This document shows positions 11,301 through 23,331 of a stretch of DNA of 64,000 nt, in pieces. Under the pieces are notes generated by a model. That model made no database searches, was not told the DNA's origin, and worked only from the letters and a program-made list of their open reading frames with translations. Origin of the DNA: Squalus acanthias (taxonomy: Eukaryota); the NCBI GenBank assembly GCA_030390025.1, contig CM059432.1, positions 86,616,001 through 86,680,000 of the forward strand, read 5' to 3'. How positions within the stretch are numbered: the stretch's first letter is position 1; the number at the start of each line of letters is the position of its first letter. The position numbers were made by a program, and so were the translations under genes.

Positions 11301-13508
11301 CCCATTTTTTCCAGAGAGCAGCTGTTGGTAATGATTCTGCTATTGCCATTTGAGAAGTGGAAGCGCTTTGAGCGGAGTCCCCACTTCCATGTCCCCCCTT
11401 TTGCCATCATTCCTCTCATTGCTCAGCCACACTTCCCTGCTACCACTGTGCTGTAGAACACTTTGCTGTGCTGAAAGGTCAAGGTTAGGGTATCGTTCAT
11501 CCTATTTAAGGTGGCATCCAGAGTGTGCAAGCCCTTGTTGAAGGCCTGCATGCACTTGTTCGATTGCCATGTTTGATGCTCTACACAGTTGGCCACTCTA
11601 TCCATGGAAGAAGACATCATCACGATGGCCTGCGACAGCATGCCACTCATGAGGTGGACTCCTCCAATCTCTCTGCAATCGTGCATATTGTGCTTGGAAT
11701 GCCTGTCAGTACATCACACATTCTCTGCTGCTGCTCAATAAGTATCCTGTTCATCAACAGCCCCCAGGGTACAGCATCTGCGTCCAGCTGAGCTGAGCTT
11801 GGAGAGTCCTGCGCCCTCCGACGTGGACTCTCCACTGCTGTCCCTGACTCCACCATCTGCTCTTGTTCACTTGTGAAGTGCGAGACACCATGTGAAAACC
11901 CAATTCTCTCTCTAACTGGTTCCACCGAAGTGCGAGTATCTGATTTGGTGCATTGTGCTTCTCTAAGGAGTCGTCGTCAGCGACCTCGACCACCTCCTGC
12001 TGAACGCGTGATGACCCTGTGGGAGATAAAAGACATGAATGAGTACTGTCAAGGTAAGAATGTTTGAAGTTATTATGCACATGATCATATTTCACTCGCT
12101 GTTGACATCAAGTCAACATGACTGAGTGTTGTATGCCATGTGGCTGTCTGATATTTAATGCTGTCACCAGGTAGTTGAGAGGCCCCCATCTCCGTCGGCC
12201 AGGCACGCCAAGACTCCGCTGATCTCCAGCGCCTCCTCCTCTGCAGCTTTTAGTTGTGTGATCTGTGGAGGGCCCCCTCCGGTTCTCTGCCTCTCCCTGG
12301 TGTTCTGTGCTCTCTTCTCCTGCAAGGAGGGAAAGAAGATACCTATGAGTGAGAGTAATGGCATGTGTTCACCCGATGGATGGAGAGCATTTGTTGAGGC
12401 ATGACATTGCATAAGGATGAAGGCGAGTGTCAGTGGTAGATGGATAGATGGGGATGTGAGGAAGTGCATAGATAGAGAGGAATGGGTGCACCTGCAAGGT
12501 AATTTGGTGTGAGGAGTGATGTGCTGGAGTAGGCTTGAGAAGGCAGAGTGAGGGGGTTGGGGTGATACGCACATTAGGATGTAGGTGAATGTGCCATTGC
12601 TCTCACCTTTCCTGTCCTGCTTAGGTCATTGAACTGCTTCCTGCAATGGATCGAAGAGCACCTGCTGCTGACCTCTTGTGCCACCTCTAACCACGCCTTC
12701 TGGTGTCCTCAGCTGGCTTCTTCCTCCGTTGCTAGGGAACAGTAGCTCCCTCCGAGTCCTCACAGCCCCCAGCAGCACATCCAGGAAGGCATTGATGAAG
12801 CGGGCACAGCCTTTGCCCATCTACCTTCCATTGCAAGACTTCTTTCTCTCTCCTTCCCAACTCCAACTGCTTCAACTTACATGTTTGGAGTGTCCCTTTA
12901 AATACTGGAGTTGAGATCGCGTCATAATCACGCCCGCTGACACTAATTGGACGGGAAACCCGGAAATCAGATGTTAATAAAGTGGCTACGGTAAAAAGTC
13001 ACTGACAGATGAGCTGCACATATTTCCGGGTTTCCCACACGCTATCGGACCCCTATCCCCCCCCCCCACCCCAGCTCCCAGCGCATCTGTGCATGAAAAT
13101 CCAGGCCATTGTTACTGAATGGTGATTGGTGTTGACACCTTCATCTCCTGTGAAACCTGAAAAAGAAACTCAAAAATTTGACTGGCCATATAAATTAGAA
13201 GAATGATATTCAAATGTCTGATTCACCAAACCTACTTCTGATGACAGACTGGAGATTTTGTCCTATACTTTGGTAATAAAAGATACAATGTATAAAGAAC
13301 CTTTAGCTATAGAAAATGGAAGTGGCACAATGGCACAGGTTCCAGAGCTTGGCACGATATATCTATCTGCAACATCATATTGACATTTTCATGTATGCAC
13401 TCAGCACACAGCTTCCCCAGAACCGATCAAGCTAGACTATCCTCTTATGGTACGTGAAGGGTGTGGAATAAATTACATTTTTTCTTATTGCCAAATGCAA
13501 ACACCTAC

Positions 13509-13616
13509 CTCAAAATTGACAGGCAGGTTGCGCTTCAAAGCAATCTCAAACACCAAGCTGATTTCAGACTTGTTGATATCTGTATCCTCTGCTCCTTCAT
13601 TTGAAATTTCTTCACT
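13509..13616 (-). CDS. stau2: Staufen homolog 2 internal coding exon (108 nt), linker + start of dsRBD3: [36 protein letters not shown]
   Basis: Read manually; it is not in the ORF track. Polypyrimidine acceptor ttccttctcttgtacttcaaag|AGT and donor TTTGAG|gtaggt. Phase 0/0, compatible with the upstream exon. Carries the Staufen dsRBD3 signature [16 protein letters not shown]. The intervening intron 13617-29521 is 15,905 nt. Confidence 0.95.
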
Positions 13617-13939
13617 CTTTGAAGTACAAGAGAAGGAATTTTATCTTAGTTATATAATGGCTGTGGCCGCTAGTGCACTGTGATGACACCAATGTAATGC
13701 TATTTTCTTAAAGGATCATAATGCAAAGTCTGCTTGTGGGAATGGTTGGTAATGTAATGCAAAGCTTCATACTACTGCCACCACTGACATCCAGTTAAAT
13801 TCCGGTTATTAAAAAAATCAATTAAAGTAAAAAAAAAACATTCCAACACAAATATCCAAGTTATTAATATATGGAAAAATACCTGAGAATGCTGTAGAAA
13901 TTATAATAAAATAGGGCCTTATCTATCTATCTAACGCAC

Positions 13940-14260
13940 ATAGCTCATATGGTAGCTGCCTATGTCTCAGAAATTGTTGGATTTGATTTTCTAATCTAGG
14001 CTGACACTCCAGTGCAGTACTGAGGATGTGCAGTATTGTTAGCGATGTCATCATTTGGATAAGACATTAAACTAAATCTGACTGTCTGTTCCAATGGCTC
14101 AATGAGATGTTAAACATCCCATGGCATTATTTAAGAGGAGCAGGGAGTTCTCCTGTTATCCTGGCCAACATTCCTCCCTCAATTAATACGACCAAAAAAG
14201 CCCAATATAAACTGGTCATTCGTCTCATGATTGCCATGTTTGCCTACATCCAAGAGTAAT
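13940..14260 (+). mobile_element. Degraded DeuSINE (SacSINE1-like)
   Basis: The core tctaggctgacactccagtgcagtactgagg is shared with the 23332 and 51545 copies. Confidence 0.7.
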
Positions 14261-17071
14261 TTTGAGATACGTTGCTGTGATAAGGCAGTATACAACTGCA
14301 AGTCCTTTTTTAAAATTTCACCATCTATAATACTCTTTTTATTCCTGAGACTACCAAATCTACACACTAGAACTGACTGCCAGCAACACAACTAAGCTAA
14401 AGCCAGAGGTCCACAATGAACTGCAGCCTCTGCAACTTTACAAATAAATAGAAGGTAGGCCTGTCAATTTATTCACTATTTCTCATTTTTAACAATTCTA
14501 AAATTCTGCAGTCCACCTGGACTCGTGCCATTTTTGCTGCCAAGTAGCCTGCTTCCAGAATTTCTTCATTGGCCTCCCTGGCTACCTGCTGAGAGAGGCA
14601 CTGTCCAGGCTGGTCTGCCTCCTCTAATATTCCCTTTACCCTGCAAGAAAACACTACTGCTTCCATTTGGCATCTCCATGCTTAATACAATATAGATAAC
14701 AAAGTGGCACAGAGTATCAGGAATTCAATACGCAGGACCATGATCCCAAACCAAATTAAAACTATAACAACAACTGAAATTAGTTGGCTAGTGCATAACT
14801 AGAGAACTGTACAAATCCTAGTATAAAACATTGAATTAACTTGAGAGCCCGACTGGACATATCACCAATGCTGTCACTCATGTGTCATGCAGTTGAGTCC
14901 AATCATGTGACACAACAGTTGCACTATAGAGTAGACCTAATCCATTTAATAAAGTCTGTATAGGTCACTGCAACTGCTGCTAACACAACTATTTAAGAAA
15001 AAACGGAAATATGTATTCTATGTAAGTTTTCTCAACTTTATTACTTTTCTAACTCACAATCTAATCAGGTACAAGACACAATTACATTTTTATAGTGTAG
15101 GGTGACCAGGAAGTCCTAGGAATGATCAATCAGGACTGTTGCTTATGATCACTATCCAGTGATTCCTGTTGGAAAGTGCACGAGTAGATCTCAAGAGGAA
15201 GATAAGTTTTGGCTTATCCCCGTCCCCATCCCATATAATCAATAGTCTGTGCTGACATTCAATGTATAGAATCACACATGAAGAATGGCTGCTTGTGCAA
15301 GCTATGTGGGAAGGGGGCATGGGGGGGCTGCCGATACCTGTGGAATCATTCCGCAGTAAAAGTTAGTGCCTTAAGAAAAAAAAACACTTTAAAGAATACG
15401 GAGCAACATTATATATACAAAGCCTTGGGCATGATTTTTCTCTGGGCTGGTTGTAACAGTAATTAGTTTTCTAATTTTCCTCTGGAGAGCTGAAAGGAAA
15501 ATTTCCATGTTAATATTCGCCAAGAGAACAGCAGGCAGTAATTTCCGCAGTAAGTTCTGGCAGTAAGTAAGCTAATTTCAGAAACATATAACTTGAGTAG
15601 AGTGCTGGAGAGAAAGAAAAGGGGGACAAGGGATTTTGGTGGCATTTCAGTCATACAACTGACCTCCTTCCATCTCTGAGCTGAATGTTTCCTTAATGTT
15701 GGTAAAAAGTAAAAAGCAGGTAGTTGCCTATTTCTACTTCTGTTGGCAGTCAGGTAATAGTGCTGGCAGGAAAATCACATCCTGCAGTGTAGTTTTTGGA
15801 AGGCCCTTATCTGTGAGTATTTGGAGAAATTAACTGTATAATTTTTAACTTTTACTCTTGACTTTTAAACAAATTCTCCCCCAAAATATCGTCAACCACC
15901 TAATTTAGGTGACACATAATTATGTATCGCACCAAGTCCCCTTTGGCTGAATATTAGTCCTGAAGAATGTTGAAACTTCTTTCAAAAGGAAGATAATCAT
16001 CTAGTCATGAGATGAGCGAAGTGAACAAAAATGTAAATGTAGCAGTCAGAATAGCACTTTGTATTTTTTTTAAAGATAACATGAACAGATTATATAAAGT
16101 TCTTGATGGGATTACGGCAATGCTATTATAAGACGAAGAATACTTCACTTAGAATACACAGCACATTGTGTTACCAACTGACAGAACAAGTAACAAAAGC
16201 AAATGATATCCTCAGAAGTGCTTATTCAAAAAAGCAAACAACAGCTATCTATTGACCTGCATAACAAATCACTGTTATGCACAGTCCAGTGATCTCAAAC
16301 ATAATTTAACATGTAGAGATCGCGAATAAGTACGATGGTATATTTTGTATTTCAACTGAACTTATCTTGCTAAATATCATACCCTAGGAGGAAATGCAAC
16401 TTTCTACCCATATTACCACTCTTGTACTTATAGAACAATGGATCAACAATGCAATACTTGGGCTGATTGATTTGAAATGCATGTAGTCCAAACTTAAGAG
16501 GACCAAAAAATAACCCTGACTAGATTGACATGGAAAGAGTTGTCAGAGATAGATAACTGACCCCAGAGGTGCAAACTTGCTTTGTTAATGTACATTCTGA
16601 GTTTGTTAGTAAAATCCAGTTGTCCAAATGTTCTCAGTTTGAGTTTTGGAAACAGAGAATCTAGAAAAATCATGACAGCTGGGTTTTACTAAAAAAAAAA
16701 CTCAGTCTCCATACTGAACACGGCAAGTTGGTATCCATGCATCGTACAGACCAAGAAAGTAACTGTCACGGATAAGTATCCCAGATGTATCACCCACTGC
16801 ATCAACAGGTAAAAATCAGACAAATGGAAAGATTCAATTTGAAAACAAAATTCTAAAACAACTCCCTGTGTAGCAAACCACCAGGAAAATGTATTTATTA
16901 ATTGTTAAATATGAATAGACTGTCAACTAATGCAGCGAGTGTATTTGCAGTATCTGAAAATGAAATGGACAGGTTCCTGATTCTACGAGAGACATAGGCT
17001 TGTGCAAAAACGGAAGGAAAATGAAAATTATTTGAACAGGTCTGTGGTCTAAAACAACAGGGTGAGTTAGA

Positions 17072-17208
17072 CAAAAGCAAAATACTGCGGATGCTGGAAA
17101 TCTGAAATAAAAACAGAAAATGCTGGAAATACTCAGCAGGTCAGGCAGCATCTGTGGAGAGAGAGAAACAGAGTTAACGTTTCAGGTCGATGACCCTTCG
17201 TCAGAACT
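17072..17208 (-). mobile_element. 137-bp Penelope-like terminal (pLTR) mini-insertion with 14-bp TSD
   Basis: TSD cagggtgagttaga at 17058-17071 and 17209-17222. The sequence matches the terminus of the PLE at 22920-23022. Confidence 0.9.
17172..17208 (-). ncRNA. Minimal type I hammerhead ribozyme motif (PLE-associated)
   Basis: Minus strand reads agtt-CTGACGA-agggtc atc gacct-GAAAC-GTT-aact. It has the conserved CUGANGA/GAAA core, stem II, stem I agtt/aact and a palindromic AACGTT stem III. Confidence 0.8.
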
Positions 17209-17798
17209 CAGGGTGAGTTAGATGGCTTTTTGTTGTTCCTAACTAATGGCCTTGTGCTATTAGTTAGCTGACAACGTAGAAAAACATATTTGGCACAGCT
17301 AAACATTTCCAGGTGCTTGTCCCTCAAGGAGAATATAGCTTTCTGTTTCCTGTTGAATAAAATATTATCTTGATGCAAGTAGTTTCTTGCTAGAACAGGG
17401 CTTTTGGGAGAGTGATATAATTTTAAAACAAAAGACTTAGGGATAAACTGGCTTTCTGGTTTTTGGCATTTGATTTTTCTGTATTTGTTGTTTATATTTA
17501 GCCAATTTTTAGTTCCACAAAACTGAGTTTTCCCTCCCATGTTTTTTCTTGGTCATAAAATAAGTAAAATTGCCATTGTAAAATGGTTCTCCTATCGGCC
17601 CTAGTGGCAATCACGGATGCCATGCGAATAAAAGAGAGGGACTGAAAATACAGGCAAGAGCAACTCCAAAGGGGGGAGACCTTCAACTGACGGCCGTTCG
17701 TTTCTCATCTGAAAAGCTACCAAATCAGCTTCACCAACTAAATGGCTATTTTAAACCTTTAAACAAAATGAGTGTAGCCACATTTGAGTTTGCCACTC

Positions 17799-18070
17799 AG
17801 GGTTCATTTACATTACAACTGTAGCTTCAGTGCAAAGTGGTTTCTTTTCACAATGGCAATGCAGTTATGCTACAAATGCAGCTTGAATCTGGAGTTGGCC
17901 CAACCTGACACCAGAGCAAAGCAGAGGAAAATTCCCTGGATGAGTGAGTCCTGCTTCGCTTTCGAGTGAAGCTCAGGCCTTAACATCCAATTTACAATGC
18001 ACAGGTTTAGCACAGTGCAAAGCTGAAACTACTTTGTGCCAACTCTAAACTTGTATCGTAAATGTACCCC
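17799..18070. mobile_element. Old palindromic MITE-like element
   Basis: Termini agggttcatttac ... gtaaatgtacccc are inverted repeats. Two related internal hairpin units lie at ~17800-17890 and ~17985-18070. Confidence 0.55.
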
Positions 18071-19278
18071 AAAAGGCACAGCAGGCTGATGTACCAATAT
18101 GGTACAAAACTGTACGTGAGAGGTCTCTCGCACAGCTCCTCATGCCTCTAGCTCCTTGGGCGGATTATAAGAAAGACAATAGCAAGAACAGTCCTGGATC
18201 TTCCACTAAAGAAGGGTAGGCGAAGCTGAGGACAAATTACCCAGCTACTCTTGTGTATTTCTTACAAAGCAGCAGTACAGAGTTTGGTGAGCAAGTTAAC
18301 TGCTTTTTGCTGGGAAATTATGCATGGACAAAAATGACAATAGAGGGGGTGAGTGGGTAAATGTAACACATAGGGGGTTAAATTGGTTAGCTCCCGAAAA
18401 CAGGAGTGGGAATCACGATGTGCGATTAACCCGCACCCGTACGGTGCAATGCAGGCTGGAGGCCAACTTGGTGCTGCCAGCTCATTATAATGATTTCTGC
18501 ATGCAGCCAGCGCTAACCGCGCTGTTCATTGGCTGCACGCATCAGCAGGGGACCCAATATGATTATTTCCTAGCACTACTTAATGCTAGCCTGCACCTCT
18601 TAAAGGGAAGGTGCATTGTGGCTGCTGGAGGTGCTGTGCAACAATCAGAATAGTGCTGTGCAACAATCAACAATGGCTGACCATGGGAGAGAGTGGGCAC
18701 CAAGGTTTTCGGACGCTGCACTGGAGGTCTTGGTGGAAGAGGTAGAACGGAGGAGAGATGTCCTGTACCCACGGGGAGGGGGGGGCGGGCCAGAGGTCCT
18801 TCTGACACATGCTCAAAAAGCAATGGCAAAAGATAGCGGAGGAGGTCAATGCCATGATTATAGCATCAAGAACATGGATGCAGTGTAGGAGGAAGTGTAA
18901 TGATCTCACACGAGTGGTCAAGGTCCGTGAATGCATCTTCAAATCCTACCAACTGCACCACAAGGCTCCGCCACTGCTCAATTCACTACATCTCCATCAC
19001 TCACCTACTCAACATTCATATGCTTCACCTCACCCTCAGAAATTTAGCACTGTTGTAAGCCTCAACTGCACATCTCACAGCTTGCACACACTGCCAGCTA
19101 TTCAACCAGAACAACCACATCACCCAACCATATTGCCCGACACTCACTGACACACTTCACTCTCTCTTGCAGGAGAAGGTGGCGCACAACCAGAGGCTGC
19201 TGGAGGGGGAGAAGCACACCTGCATGCTCTAACCCCCATGGAGGAGATGGTGCTGGCCATTATGGGAAGGGCCATTGC

Positions 19279-21945
19279 TTTTTTAAAAATTTGTTTATGG
19301 GATGTGGGCATCACTGGCAAGGCCAGCATTTATTACTCATCCCTAATTGCCCTCGAGAAGGTGGTGGTGAGCTGCCTTCTTGAACTGCTGCAGTCCGTGA
19401 GGTAAAGGTACTCCCACAGTGCTGTTAGGGAGGGAGTTCCAGTATTTTGACCCAACGATGATGAAGGAACGGCGATATATTTCCAAGTCAGGATGGTGTG
19501 TGACTTGGAGGGGAACTTGGAGGTGCTGGTATTCCCATGCGCCTCCCGCCCTTGTCCTTCTAGTTGGCACAGGTCGCAGGTTTGGAAGGTGCTGTCGAAG
19601 AATCCTTGGTGAGTTGCTGCAGTGCATCTTGTAGATGGTACACACTGCAGCCACGGAGCACCGGTCATGGAGGGCGTGAATGTTTAAGGTGGTGGATGGG
19701 GGTGCCAATCAAGTGGGCTGCTTTCTCTTAGATGGTGTCGAGCTTCTTCAGTGTTGTAGGAGCTGCACTCATCTTGAGTGTTGTTGGAGCTGCGCTCATC
19801 CAGGCAAGTGGAGAGTATTCTATCACACACCTGACTTGTGCCTTGTAGATGGTGGAAAGGCTTTGGGGAGTCAGGAAGTGAGTCACTCGTCGCAGAATAC
19901 CCAGCCTCTGACCTGCTCTTGACGCCACAATATTTATGTAGCTGGTCCAGTTAAGTTTCTGGTCGATGGTGACCCCAGGATGATGTTGGTGGGGGATTCG
20001 GCAATGGTAATCCCATTGAATGTCAAAGGGAGGTGGCTAGACTCTCTCTTGTGTGAAGGAAATAGCCATATTCCAAGAAATACATCATCCTATAAACAGA
20101 TTTGATAATATTAAAACATGACAAACTGGGGTTAAAAATCTAAAAGCCTCAACGACACAAGCCGTAAAACAGAAATACAGGCATCTGAGATAAAGATCAG
20201 TTGTTAACAAAGTTGTAAACATCACAAGCTTTGAAATGGGAAATGTTTGTAAATACAAAGACAAGGCCCTATTGAAACAGCAGGCTGGAGGTTCCTCTAT
20301 GTCTGAACATTGGAACCAACACAATCGAATGACCCAAGTAAAGTGTCAAAATCTAACACGTCCAACAGGTGCACAGAACATTAAAAAAACAAGTGCCTTT
20401 GAAAAAATGACATCAAGTAAAACAGAAATACCTGCCGTAAAATAGTTTTATGTTAAACTTAGAACAAGGAGACATGGTTCTTAATATAACCAATTGAAGT
20501 AAATAAGAAATGCAAAGAACACCCTAGATGAAGTGTTTTTGAATTACAAATTGTAAAAAGTACCTACAGAGAGACTTTGTAGATATTACATCAATAGAAG
20601 ACACCAAGCAATTACATTGTTTCTGTGTTAAACTTGGAACATAAGGAGACAGGAGTCTGTGTTACAAACAGCAGAGGTGATTTAGAAATTCAATAGAAAG
20701 ACTTCCTAAGAATGGCATCAAATAGATAAATCGATAATAACCATAAAAATGATAAGTTTTTGAAATACCTAAAGGTACAGATAGAATTCTAAAGAGTTGG
20801 CAGCTGAAACGACAGTAAGAATAGAAAACAATTCAATAGAGTATCACTAGAGACAATTCGCTTACATCAGCAGAATACTTCAAAGAAAATACCACTAAAA
20901 AAAGAGTGAAAATAAGAGCTTTTCAGATGAAAAGTCAGAAGTCGCTGCAAAGGCAAGCGTTTCTCAACTTCACAGGCACGCTCTGTAAGTTTACAACTCT
21001 GAGTCTCGGGTAATCAAGGTATTTGATTTTGGTGGATATTCTGGATTAAGAAATAAGTAGAAGTGTGGAAATGTAACGAAGTTAAGATTTGAGAATAAGG
21101 ATCTCTGATAAGAAATGTAAGCTATTTGTATTTTGAACGATTAAAGTTGCGATTGCCATAACAGCTGTTAACTAAATGTCGGTTCTTTAATAAATCTATA
21201 TATTTTTAGAATTGCCTCACAGAGTATTTCTGTATAAACTCGCGAACTCAATTTCTGTACACTCAAAGGAGTTGCAGAATTCTGGGGGGTATTCCGGACC
21301 CTCATAATATCCGGAAGGTTACAGTCTAGTTAAACTTGTTAAAAGTGCTATCCGGAAGACGGTAACATCTTCACATCATTCCTTTCCTTTAGGGAGAGGT
21401 AGTCTGACCTTTAGACCCAATTAAGCATCTCTAGGATTCGGCTATCTTTAACTTTAGTTGAAGGTGAACGTCTGGGGAATACGCCTGATCTGGGGTAGCC
21501 CGAAAAGGGCTAGGACTTGTAATTATCCCTTCAGTTGGAGATGGTCATTGCCTGGCACTTGTGTGTCGCGTATGTTACTTGCCACTTATCAGCCCAATCC
21601 TGAATGTTGTCCAGGTCTTGTTGCATGCGGGCATGGACTGCTTCATTATCTGAGGAGTTGCGAATGGAACACTGTGCAATCATCAGCGAACATCCCCACT
21701 TCTGACATTATGATGGAGGAAAGGTCATTGATGAAGCAGCTGAAGATGGTTGGGCCTAGGACACTGCCCTGAGGAGCTCCTGCAACGATGCCCTGGGGCT
21801 GTGATGATTGACCTTCAACCACCACAACCATCTTCCTTTGTGCTAGGTATGACTCCAGCCAGTGGAGCGTTTTCCCCCCGATTCCCGCTGACTTCAGTTT
21901 TACTAGGGCTCCTTGATGCCACACTCGGTCAAATGCTGCCTTGAT
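19279..21945 (-). mobile_element. Family A non-LTR retrotransposon, split by the LTR insertion at 20054-21533
   Basis: Homologous to 1707-3245. The sequence ctctctcttg|ttggagatgg is contiguous across the insert. RT motifs IKAAFDRVWHQG and FADD. Confidence 0.9.
20054..21533 (+). mobile_element. Solo-LTR-like insertion (1480 bp)
   Basis: Inverted termini TGAAGG...CCTTCA; imperfect ~4-bp TSD (gtg/gttg); cleanly interrupts a LINE; AATAAA near 21189; internal repeat at ~20450 and ~20625; no coding potential. Strand is inferred from the polyA signal. Confidence 0.7.
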
Positions 21946-22985
21946 ACACTTGCTACACTTGTCCCTTTTTCCTTTCACATACCCAAGAACAAAACCTGCC
22001 CAGGCAATGGAGGAAGAGTAAGAAGGCAGTAAAGATGAAAACACAGCGTCAGTTGATTTCACAGTCGCAGCCTCCAGCTCAGATACTGACACTGCACATA
22101 ATTTAGAGGATAGGATAGAGGAGAGATATTGGGCACAAATGCACAGGAGCCAGGGCAGGGGGAAAGGATAGCGCAGGTGCCAGCTCGCCGGAGGCTGGGG
22201 TCGCATACTAGTTCTGCTGCAGAGGACTCAGATGCTGACTTTGATGGGCCAGGCTACAGAAGGCTGATGGGTGTACACACCAAAATGCTTGGTGCACTGG
22301 CAACCTTGCCAGAAAGCCTGCCCTCAATGTCAAGGAGCATAGAGGAGTCCAGCACCAACTTGGCACAGGGCTTTGCACAGAACCTGGAGCCCATCCTTTC
22401 CAACATGAAACAGATGGCCACCTCCGTCAACACATGTGAGGTGCCAACCATGATGCATTGTCTGATGGCTGATGTCTCCATTGCAGCACAAGCAGCATCT
22501 ACCTAACGTCTGAGTACTGCAGTGCAAGCTCAGACTTCTGTCATCATGGCTCTGGATACCTGTATGCAAAGCTGCTTCCAGGGTGTCACAGCATTCCAGC
22601 AATCTGTTCTCCAACAGATCTGCTACCTAAAGAACCTCAGCAGATATGGTCTCCTGCTGAGAGCCCTTTCCCTCTTCTAGCAGTGTGCCTTGCTCTGCGT
22701 GGCCTCTCTTCATTCTCCCAGTCATGTTCAATGCCAAGAGGAAGGCCTACTGGTCCACCCATGTCTGGGAGCAGCTGGTCTGTGCACAAGCCTTTAAGTC
22801 ACCAAAAAAATACTTCAGCGCCTGCCAGACCACTCCCTGTAGACTACTGAAACTTTTACCAACTATAGAAACCACCCCAACCTTGTAGAATTACAGCAAC
22901 AGCCAGAAGAAATAAACCAAAAAGAAAAAAAGAAAATGCTGGAAACACTCAGCAGGTCAGGCAGCATCTGTGGAGAGAGAAACAG

Positions 22986-23022
22986 AGTTAACGTTTCAGG
23001 TCTAAGACCTTTCGTCAGAACT
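22986..23022 (-). ncRNA. Minimal type I hammerhead ribozyme motif in PLE terminus
   Basis: Minus strand reads agtt-CTGACGA-a-aggtc tta gacct-GAAAC-GTT-aact, with a perfect 5-bp stem II. Confidence 0.82.
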
Positions 23023-23331
23023 GGAAAAATTAGAGATATAACAGGTTTTAAGCAAGTGCAGAGGCAGGGAAAGGAGGGAGGGGAGGAAAGAACAAAAGGG
23101 AAGGTCTGTGATAGGGTGGAAGGCAGGAGAGATTAAATGACAAAAAGGATGGTGGTACAAAGCAAAAGGAGATGGTAATGGGACAAGTAAAGAAACAAAA
23201 GATGGGTCTTGAGGAGGTGTAAATGGGAATGGCAGAATCATCAACAGCTGCCATCTGAAAAAATAGGGGCAGAGGTTATGGTCTGAAATTGTTGAACTCG
23301 ATATTGAGTCCTGAAGGCTGTAAAATGCCTA

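Larger units (their letters stand above)
3802..13107 (-). mobile_element. PIF/Harbinger element remnant (Myb/SANT gene remnant at ~11400-12820) apparently enclosing the nested CR1 cluster
   Basis: Termini GGGCTGGATTTT (3802) and AAAATCCAGGCC (ending 13107) are 11/12 inverted repeats, with flanks aat/att. Myb-like remnants MGKGCARF...RRELLFP and EKRAQNTRERQRTGGGPP lie behind gt/ag introns. Pairing of the two ends is inferred. Confidence 0.65.

Noticed and set aside
1..13508. Next stau2 exon (VIKESGPPHMKSF...)
   Set aside because: Not found by eye in the non-repetitive parts; it probably lies beyond the window start. The preceding exon was likewise not found in 29682-64000.
17570..17660. Possible cryptic exon after the strong acceptor ctcttgcctgtattttcag (minus strand)
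   Set aside because: No convincing GT donor and no Staufen similarity. The two real exons already join in frame.
19745..19800. 27-bp tandem duplication (MSAAPTTLK twice) in the LINE
   Set aside because: A simple local duplication in a dead LINE copy with no functional implication.
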